A stretch of 64,000 nucleotides of DNA from Candidatus Eiseniibacteriota bacterium. Lineage in GTDB: Bacteria; Eisenbacteria; RBG-16-71-46; CAVPCR01. A model generated the notes under the pieces. The model was not told where the DNA came from, did not search any database, and saw only the letters and a program-made list of their open reading frames with translations. The DNA lies in contig CAVPCR010000001.1 in assembly GCA_963702435.1 (NCBI GenBank), positions 640,001-704,000 of the forward strand. Direction: 5' to 3'. Position numbers and translations under genes: made by a program. How positions within the stretch are numbered: position 1 is the first letter of the stretch; the number at the start of each line of letters is the position of its first letter. Below are positions 1-6,900 of the stretch, piece by piece.

Positions 1-135
1 GCGGTCGACCCACAACCGCACGCGGAGCGGGGGCTCGGCGCGGGCCGGCCCGGCGGCGGCACCGGCGAAGAGAGCGGCCACGAGAAGCGCGAGGGCGCAG
101 CGGAGCGCGGCGCCGGTTCGCATCGGAGTGCGCAT
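1..135 (-). CDS. Secreted protein, 5' part only (runs off the window); possibly DUF4384-type
   Basis: ATG at 135 has GGAGG upstream, overlapping the previous stop. It reads MRTPMRTGAALRCALALLVAALFAGAAAGPARAEPPLRVRLWVDR, i.e. a signal peptide followed by an LRVxLWxDR start reminiscent of DUF4384. Confidence 0.6.
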   Translation of the reverse strand, partial: MRTPMRTGAALRCALALLVAALFAGAAAGPARAEPPLRVRLWVDR

Positions 136-140
136 CGGGA

Positions 141-962
141 TCACCTCCCTCCCCTGAGCTCGGGATTGGACAGGTCGATCTGGTAGGCCCAGTCGATCAC
201 CGCGCGCTCGCCGTCGAGATCGGTGACGCGGAACTTGGCGTAGTGATCGTCGCGGGTCCACACGTAGTAGCTGTGCCCCTCGATCAGGGTCACGCGATCC
301 TCGCCGGTCCAGCCGCCCGGCGGGGCCCAGTCGAGATCGTCGAGCTCGGCGTAGCCGGCGTCCTGGAGGTCGGTCGCGGGATCGGGGGCCACCATGGCGG
401 GACGGCCGCTCTCGAATGTGAAGTACATGTCGGTGTCGACCGCGGTGAACGGCCGCCGGACGAAGTGGCTGAAGTCGTAGCCGGAGAGCTCCCAGGCGGT
501 GCCGCCGGCACGGAAGAGAACGAGGTTCTCCCCGGCGGGCCGCGGCGTGTCGTGCACCAGCTCGAGCGAGAGCTCGCTCTCGTTCCCCGCCAGATCGAAG
601 GCGGTGACCGCGTAGAAGTAGGTCGTGCCGTTCGCGACATCGCGATCGATGTAGCGAGGCGTCCGGGTCTCGGCCATGAATTCGTACGGCCCGGGCGCGG
701 TCGCGCTCCAGTAGACGCGGTAACCGGCGAGATCGGCCTCCCGGTTGGGGGACCACAGGATCTCGACCTCGCCGTCGCCGGTCACGGACACGACCCCGCT
801 CGGGATCGCGGGCGGCGTCGTGTCGCGCGGCGCCACGACGTGATCGCCGGAGTCATCGAGATCGCAGCTCGCGGTGGCGGCGGCGAGCAGGAGCGCGACG
901 AAGGTCGCGAACCCGCGGCCGTTCGGGCGGGGGGATCGGAGCCCGGTCGAGTGGCGAAGCAT
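141..962 (-). CDS. Lipoprotein with fibronectin type III domain
   Basis: Hydrophobic leader ending in TASC (lipobox); FN3 motifs LWSPNREADLAGYRVY and YFYAVTAFDLAGNES; AGGAGG RBS. Confidence 0.8.
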   Translation of the reverse strand: MLRHSTGLRSPRPNGRGFATFVALLLAAATASCDLDDSGDHVVAPRDTTPPAIPSGVVSVTGDGEVEILWSPNREADLAGYRVYWSATAPGPYEFMAETRTPRYIDRDVANGTTYFYAVTAFDLAGNESELSLELVHDTPRPAGENLVLFRAGGTAWELSGYDFSHFVRRPFTAVDTDMYFTFESGRPAMVAPDPATDLQDAGYAELDDLDWAPPGGWTGEDRVTLIEGHSYYVWTRDDHYAKFRVTDLDGERAVIDWAYQIDLSNPELRGGR

Positions 963-1068
963 CGAGGCTCACCTCCTTCAGGTGTGAGGAGCCACGGATG
1001 GCTCCTCCCCGGGCCGGCGTGAGACCGGACCCGGCGGGCCCCTTGCGGGCCCGCACCGGAGGCCTAGC

Positions 1069-1083
1069 GCATGCCGGATGCCA
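1069..1083 (-). promoter_or_regulatory. Putative sigma54 (-24/-12) promoter of the lipoprotein operon
   Basis: Minus strand TGGCATC-CGGC-ATGC has the exact GG-N10-GC spacing, about 105 nt upstream of the ATG at 962. An IHF-like CAA-N4-TTG with an AT-rich flank lies at 1112-1136. Confidence 0.55.
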
Positions 1084-1250
1084 GCCGGCGCGCGAGATCG
1101 AACTGGATGGGCAAGATGTTGCTGAAAAGTGAGATACGAGGAGGGAGGCAGAGCGGGACGAAGGCCCGGCCGCGGCGCGAACGGGGCGCCCGGATCACGG
1201 CCGCGTGGCGGCGCTGCCACAGAGGTCCGGACCGCTCGGGACCGGGCCGC

Positions 1251-1288
1251 GAACGAGAAACGGCCTCGGGTCGACAAACCCGAGGCCG
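1251..1288 (-). terminator. Intrinsic terminator closing the sigma54-dependent short transcript
   Basis: Perfect 10-bp stem CGGCCTCGGG/CCCGAGGCCG (1261-1288) followed on the minus strand by TTTCTCGTT. Confidence 0.7.
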
Positions 1289-1514
1289 CTCTGTCACGCC
1301 TCCCGGGCGGCGCTCATTTTACCGCCGATGGCGCCGTCGGAGGCGCGGCGCCCCGACCAGCCAGGGCCGGAAACCGCGGCGCAAAAATTCGGGCTCCCGG
1401 GGTACTCAGTTCCGAGAGCTCCGGACAGCCCAGGTTGTCGTATGAGGAAGAACCTGTCCGGAGAACTCGGAGCTCTGAATACCCTCAGGAGCCCTAGGAG
1501 GTCCCCACTCCGCA
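1253..1514 (-). ncRNA. Putative sigma54-dependent structured small RNA (~260 nt)
   Basis: Bounded by a sigma54 consensus (1526-1540) and a terminator (1251-1288). Contains a ~104-nt multi-helix rod (1391-1494). No ORF with an SD in the interval. Confidence 0.5.
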
Positions 1515-1525
1515 CATATGCAAGA

Positions 1526-1540
1526 GCCAGGAACGTGCCA
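1526..1540 (-). promoter_or_regulatory. Sigma54 (-24/-12) promoter
   Basis: Minus strand TGGCACG-TTCC-TGGC differs by one base from TGGCACG-N4-TTGC. It lies about 185 nt downstream of the sigma54 activator gene, with an AT-rich tract at 1561-1592 upstream. Confidence 0.7.
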
Positions 1541-1725
1541 ATCAGGAGCCGAGCGCTCGGAAATCCGCAACCATTGAATTCATAGTGAGTTGGAAGCGGG
1601 GATCTGATCGCCGCAACAGCCTCTTCATGGCTCCCGTCGCCCGAAGTATAAAGTCCGTTGCTATGAGCGGCCGAGCGAGGCCTGCAAGATGCTGCGGGAA
1701 GAAGACTTGACGCTATAAAAAAAGA

Positions 1726-4700
1726 TCACAGCCCGCTGTTAACACTCTTGTGTCGGCGGACCGATCCGGGTGCCGGCTTGCGTCGATCGAGATCGTACTC
1801 GCGGATTTTCTTGAGCAGGGCGGGATAGGAGAGCTTGAGCGTGCGCGCGGTGCGCAGCTTGTTCCATCCGTTCTCGCGCAGCGCCTGTCCGATGAGCCGT
1901 GCCTCGAGGCGGCGGATCTCCTCCCGGAGCGTCGTCCCCGACTTGAGCGCGGCGAAGGGGCGCACGAACGACTCGGGCAAGAGGTCGAGGCCGAGCGGCG
2001 CATCGTCCACGGCCAGCACGACCATGCGTTCGACGATCTTCTCGAGCTCGCGCACGTTGCCCGGCCATTCGTAGGAGAGAAGGAGGCGCTCCACCTCGGG
2101 GTCGAGCCCGCGCGGGTGGCGCCCCATGCGTGACGCCGACCGCTCGATGAAGTGGCGGGCGAGCAGGAGCACATCCTCCGGCCGCTCGCGCAGCGGCGGC
2201 ACCACGACCGAGAACTCGTTCAGGCGGTAGTAGAGGTCCTCGAGGAAGTCCCCCTTCCGGATGAGCTCGTGCAGGTCGACATTGGCCGCGCTGGCCACCC
2301 GGCAGCGGATCTGGCGCCACTTGGTATCGCCGACCAGCCGCACCTCCTGGCGATCGAGCACGTGGAGGAGCTTGGCCTGCATGGCCGGCGACATCTTGTC
2401 GATCTCATCCAGGAAGATGGTGCCCGCCGCGGCCTCCTCGAACAGCCCCCGCTTCTCGCGCACCGCGCCGGTGAAGGCACCCTGCACGTGGCCGAACAGC
2501 TCGCTCTCGAGGAGCGGTTCCGGCAGCGCGGCGCAGTTGATCTGCAGGAAGGGATCGCCGGCGCGCGGGCTCATCTGGTGGAGCGCGGTGGCCAGGAGGC
2601 CCTTCCCGGTGCCGGTCTCGCCGAGGAAGAGGACCCGGGCCGGAGTGGCCGCCACCCGCTCGAGGAGCTTGAGGATGCGGAGCATCTCCGAGCTCTGGGT
2701 GATGACCGCGGCCAGGGCGCCCGACCTCTCCTGGGGCGCGCTCGCCGCGAGGATCCGGGTGCGCTCCGATTCGACGGCGGCGATGGCCACGACATGCGTG
2801 AGCATGGCGAGGAGGGCCACGTCGGCGGCGCGATAGGTGCCGGCGGGATTCCCCGGGGCGCGCTCGACGAACACGATGCCTTGCACCTGCTCGGGAATCT
2901 GGAACGGCACGATGGCGACCGAGAGCGCCGCGGAACCGTCCCGCCGCTCGATGCCCCGGAGACCCTTGAGCCGGGGATCCGCTCCCGGATCGGTGGCGAT
3001 GAGCGGGCGATTGTCGGCCACGAGCTCGGCGATGGTGGCGCGCCCGAGACCCGACAGCACGCGCCCGGCGTCGTTCTTGCGGAAGCCGGCGGCGCCGCGC
3101 ACGGTGATCGCCGCATCCGGCCCGCCCCAGGCGAAGAAGGCGCGGTCCGAGCCCGAGCGCTCCTCGACGAGACCGATCAGGTTCTCGAGCACGTGATCCA
3201 GGTCGGCCCGGCCCGAGTAGAGCTTGGTCACCTCCTGGAACGCCTCGCGCTCGGGCGCCTTCGGTCCGTACCCCGCCGCCATCGCGTTCTCGACCTCGAC
3301 GCGGAGCTCTGCGAGGGCGCGCCGGATCTCCGCCTCGCCATCCCCGAGCTGACGGAGCGCGGCACCGATGCGGACGAGGGCCTGATCGAGCCGACCCTGC
3401 TCGCGCTCGAGCTCGGCAAGACGGAGCGCGGCCATCCCGGCCTCCCCGTCGAGCTCGAGCCCGAGGGCGAGGGTCTCGGCGCGCTGGTAGGCCGCCTGCG
3501 CCTCGTCGCGCCAGGACGGTGCGAGGATCGCGCGCTGGGCGACCCAGACATCCCCGAGCGCGAGGAAGGTGCGGGCCTGCTCGCGCCGCTCGCCCATGTG
3601 CGCCAGGCGCTCGATCACCTTGCCGGCATGCTGGCGGAACCGATCGCCATCGCCGCCGAGCCCGGCGATGCGGGCGAGCAGGCGGTGGCACAGCGCCTCC
3701 TCGTAGAGGTCGCCGACCTTGCGGGCGATGTGCACGGCTTCCTCGGCGAGGACGAGCGCCTCCCCGAGACGTCCGGTCGAGGCGTAGACCTCGCCGAGCC
3801 GGCGGCCGAGCTCCCCCACGAGCTCGTTCTCGGCGCCGAGCCCGCGCGCGAGCGCAAGTCCCTGCGCGAGGTGCTCCTCGGCCCGCGCGTGATCCCCGCG
3901 ATCGAAGAAGAGCTCGCCGAGCGACTCGAGAGCGAGTCCCTCGGCGCGCACGAGACCGAGCGGGCGGGCGATGGCGATCGCCTCGGTGAGCCCCGCCTCG
4001 GCCTCCTCCCAGCGCCGGAGCCGCATGGCCAGGTTGGCGCGGGCGATCAGGGCGTTGGCGAGCCCGCGCCGGTTCCCGATGCGCGAGTTGGAGGCAATGG
4101 CGCGCTCGAGACGCTCCGCAGCGCGCTGCCACTGCCCGAGCTTCAGGTGCACGACGCCCAGGTTGATGCAGAGAGCGCCGATCTGGGCCTCGTCCGCCAG
4201 GATCTCGTTCAGGACGAGGCCCTTCTCCATGACGCGGATGGCCTCCATCCACTCGCAGGCCAGCTTGTGGATGAGGCCCAGGTTGTTGAGGGTGCCGGCG
4301 ATGCCGCGCTGATCCCCGATCCGGCGGAAGGTGGCGAGCGCGCTCTCGAAATAGGTGCGCGCCTCCTGCGGCCGGCCCATGCGCAGGTAGAGCTTGCCGA
4401 GGCGACGCTCGATGGCGCCGAAGGCATGATGGTCCGGCGAGCTCGTCAGGAGCTGCTGGGCGCGCAGGAGCAGCCGCTGGGCCTGCGAGAAGCGACCGAG
4501 GTCGGTGGCGATCGAACCGCGGATGGCGAGCACCTGCCCGAGCTCGACGTCGTCGGGCGCCGCACCTAGACGGCGCTCGGCCTCGGCCAGGAAGCACCGC
4601 GCCTCGTCGAACTCGCCGCGCAGCTGATGCGCCTCGCCCATGCGCCGGCAGAGGAAGATCGCCTCGGCGGGGCCGGCGATGACGCTCGCGCCGAGCCCCT

Positions 4701-4908
4701 GGCCGTTTCCGCCGGCGGCGGGAGCAGCTTCGGACGCCAGCAGGAGATCCCACGCGCGGGCGTAGTAAGCCAGGGCTTCCTTCCGGTTATCCGACTCGAA
4801 CTGCCCGTTGCCGAGCTGCATCAGCATGGCCAGCTCGGCCCGGACATCCGAGGCAACCGGAGGCCGCACCGGGGTGGGTCTCCCCTTCCTCACCTTGATC
4901 TCCGACAT
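1726..4908 (-). CDS. TPR-repeat, GAF-domain sigma54-dependent transcriptional activator (bEBP, Fis-type HTH)
   Basis: About 550 aa of TPR-like repeats, then a GAF-like segment. Walker A GETGTGKG, ESELFGHVQGAFTGA, Walker B IFLDEID, WPGNVRELE, C-terminal HTH. No receiver domain. Confidence 0.92.
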   Translation of the reverse strand: MSEIKVRKGRPTPVRPPVASDVRAELAMLMQLGNGQFESDNRKEALAYYARAWDLLLASEAAPAAGGNGQGLGASVIAGPAEAIFLCRRMGEAHQLRGEFDEARCFLAEAERRLGAAPDDVELGQVLAIRGSIATDLGRFSQAQRLLLRAQQLLTSSPDHHAFGAIERRLGKLYLRMGRPQEARTYFESALATFRRIGDQRGIAGTLNNLGLIHKLACEWMEAIRVMEKGLVLNEILADEAQIGALCINLGVVHLKLGQWQRAAERLERAIASNSRIGNRRGLANALIARANLAMRLRRWEEAEAGLTEAIAIARPLGLVRAEGLALESLGELFFDRGDHARAEEHLAQGLALARGLGAENELVGELGRRLGEVYASTGRLGEALVLAEEAVHIARKVGDLYEEALCHRLLARIAGLGGDGDRFRQHAGKVIERLAHMGERREQARTFLALGDVWVAQRAILAPSWRDEAQAAYQRAETLALGLELDGEAGMAALRLAELEREQGRLDQALVRIGAALRQLGDGEAEIRRALAELRVEVENAMAAGYGPKAPEREAFQEVTKLYSGRADLDHVLENLIGLVEERSGSDRAFFAWGGPDAAITVRGAAGFRKNDAGRVLSGLGRATIAELVADNRPLIATDPGADPRLKGLRGIERRDGSAALSVAIVPFQIPEQVQGIVFVERAPGNPAGTYRAADVALLAMLTHVVAIAAVESERTRILAASAPQERSGALAAVITQSSEMLRILKLLERVAATPARVLFLGETGTGKGLLATALHQMSPRAGDPFLQINCAALPEPLLESELFGHVQGAFTGAVREKRGLFEEAAAGTIFLDEIDKMSPAMQAKLLHVLDRQEVRLVGDTKWRQIRCRVASAANVDLHELIRKGDFLEDLYYRLNEFSVVVPPLRERPEDVLLLARHFIERSASRMGRHPRGLDPEVERLLLSYEWPGNVRELEKIVERMVVLAVDDAPLGLDLLPESFVRPFAALKSGTTLREEIRRLEARLIGQALRENGWNKLRTARTLKLSYPALLKKIREYDLDRRKPAPGSVRRHKSVNSGL

Positions 4909-4956
4909 GAAGCCCCGCTCTCGAAAGCCCGCCTCGGTGGGCAGGCGGGGACGGGA

Positions 4957-5286
4957 TCAGTACGCGGCCAGGACTCCGTACCTCAGGATGGCGAGCACGA
5001 CCGGGATCCAGCCGCCTGCGCCCCGGAGCCCCGATCCCTCGCCGGGGAAATCCAGGCCGCCGGGGCCGCCACCTTCCTCGCCCCAGTCGCCGTCCGGCAT
5101 CTCGTCCGGATCTCCGCGCTGTCCGCCCGGAGGATGCGGGGGCGGTGGATGGAACGGCGGCAAGCCGGGCGGGGTGCGCTCGATGAGCTCATCAGGATCG
5201 CCGGCGACCGCGGGCTGAGGGGGCACGACGGATGCCAGAAGGAGGAGGCACGTCAGGAGTAACAGATACCTCGTGAAGCAGGTCAT
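4957..5286 (-). CDS. Small secreted protein / putative peptide precursor with two GDPDE motifs
   Basis: GAAGGAG RBS before the ATG at 5286; signal peptide ending in AVA. The mature part starts with GDPDE, has a Pro-rich linker, a second GDPDE and a hydrophobic C-terminal tail. It ends 48 nt upstream of the activator. Confidence 0.7.
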   Translation of the reverse strand: MTCFTRYLLLLTCLLLLASVVPPQPAVAGDPDELIERTPPGLPPFHPPPPHPPGGQRGDPDEMPDGDWGEEGGGPGGLDFPGEGSGLRGAGGWIPVVLAILRYGVLAAY

Positions 5287-5424
5287 GGGGTAATTCGACT
5301 CCTTCAAACCCGCGGCAGCCGCGGGGTTCGCGCGACGGCACTAACCCGGAACAGCCTCGAGAGGATGCGGGGACCTCTCCGAGCGGTCACTCGCCGTCGA
5401 TGAGCGATCTACTCCCTCGAGCCC

Positions 5425-5452
5425 AGCATAGCGCAAGAACGGAAGCGGTCAA
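5425..5452 (-). promoter_or_regulatory. Putative sigma70 promoter for the peptide-activator operon
   Basis: Minus strand TTGACC-N16-TATGCT. Confidence 0.5.
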
Positions 5453-5713
5453 CGGGCTTCGCAACGGAATTTACAGTGGCGCCAGCAGGAGGCCCCGCCG
5501 CGGAGAGTCGTGGGGGCCAGCGGCGGGGAGGAGCATGCGGGTCGCCGGCGAGGCGGCGGGCGACCGGCCGCCACGGACAAGATGTGATACTCTCTCTCGT
5601 TGCGATCGTGGCGCGCATTGCTCGCGGCGCCCTCCCCGATCCGCTCGCCGCCCGGCGCGAGCCTTCGCAGCATCGACGCACTGCCGCTCCATGTCCGGCG
5701 CCCAATGACTCCT

Positions 5714-6895
5714 ATGACTGAAGACCAGGTCCAGTTCCGCCGCTCCAAGCGGACACCCGGCCGCGCGGCGGCCTCCGGAGGGCCCTCCCCGGGGGGAGGT
5801 GCGCCCGGGCGGCCGAGCCTGCTCGGGGAACTGCCGGCGGACCTGGCCGCGACCATCGCCGGCCTTCCCGCCGGCGACGAGCCGTATCGCGCGCGACAGC
5901 TGTTCGGGTGGCTGCACGCCCGTCGCGCCCGCGACTTCGCCGCCATGACCAACCTCCCGGCCCTCCTCCGGACGAGCCTCGGCGAGCGGTTCACGGTCCC
6001 GGCCCTCACCCCGGTGGACGAGCAGAGCTCGGCGGAGACCGCCACCCGCAAGTTCGTGCTGGCCGCCGCGGACGGCGCCCGCATCGAGACCGTGCGCATC
6101 CAGACCCCGCACCGCGTCACGCTCTGCGTGTCCTCGCAGGTCGGATGCGGCTTCGGCTGCCGCTTCTGCCGCACCGCCGCGATGGGCTTCGTCCGGCAGC
6201 TCTCCGCCGCGGAGATCGTGGACCAGGTGCACACGGTCGCCGCCCTCGCCCCCCTGCCCGAGCGGGTGAACGTGGTGTTCATGGGCATGGGCGAGCCGCT
6301 CGCCAACTACGAGGCGGTGGTGCGGGCGATCGACATCCTCACGCACCGGGACGGTCTCGCCATGAGCCCGCGCCGGATCACGGTCTCGACGGTCGGCGTC
6401 GTGCCGGCCATCTTGCGCCTGGCGCGCGAGCGGCCCCGGGTTCGCCTTGCCGTCTCGCTCGGGGCGACCACCGACGAGACGCGGAGCGCGCTCCTGCCGG
6501 TGAACCGCCGCTACTCGCTCACCGCGCTCACGCGCGCGGTCGCAGAGCACGCCGAGCGCACGGGACAGCGCGCCACCTTCGAGTACGTGCTCCTCGCCGG
6601 CGTCAACGACACCACGGAGGACGCGCGCCGCCTCGTGCGCATCGCGAACCAGGTGCCGAGCAAGGTGAACCTGATCCCGTACAACCCGACCGGGCTCGCC
6701 GGCTTCGAGCGCGCGGACGATGCGAGCATGCAGCGCTTCGCCGACTACCTCGCGCCGCGCGTGGCGGCGGTCATCATCCGCCAGAGCCAGGGCAAGGATA
6801 TCTTCGCGGCGTGCGGGCAGCTGGCGCAGCCCGTCGCGAAGAGACCGCCCGCGAGCCGCCGGCGAGCCGGCGCCGCTCTCGGGACCGAACCTTAG
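5714..6895 (+). CDS. rlmN: 23S rRNA (A2503-C2) / tRNA methyltransferase RlmN
   Basis: TLCVSSQVGCGFGCRFC (CxxxCxxC), VVFMGMGEPL, VNLIPYNP, DIFAACGQL. Start position uncertain. Confidence 0.93.
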   Translation: MTEDQVQFRRSKRTPGRAAASGGPSPGGGAPGRPSLLGELPADLAATIAGLPAGDEPYRARQLFGWLHARRARDFAAMTNLPALLRTSLGERFTVPALTPVDEQSSAETATRKFVLAAADGARIETVRIQTPHRVTLCVSSQVGCGFGCRFCRTAAMGFVRQLSAAEIVDQVHTVAALAPLPERVNVVFMGMGEPLANYEAVVRAIDILTHRDGLAMSPRRITVSTVGVVPAILRLARERPRVRLAVSLGATTDETRSALLPVNRRYSLTALTRAVAEHAERTGQRATFEYVLLAGVNDTTEDARRLVRIANQVPSKVNLIPYNPTGLAGFERADDASMQRFADYLAPRVAAVIIRQSQGKDIFAACGQLAQPVAKRPPASRRRAGAALGTEP

Positions 6896-6900
6896 GAGCC

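Noticed and set aside
1205..1585. Plus-strand ORFs across the 1.0-1.7 kb intergenic region
   Set aside because: No RBS, atypical codon usage, and the promoter and terminator signals point to the minus strand.
5908..6900. N-terminal 331 codons of the 1181-aa ORF
   Set aside because: Overlaps rlmN in another frame; the kinase begins at ATG 6901 after an AGGAG RBS.
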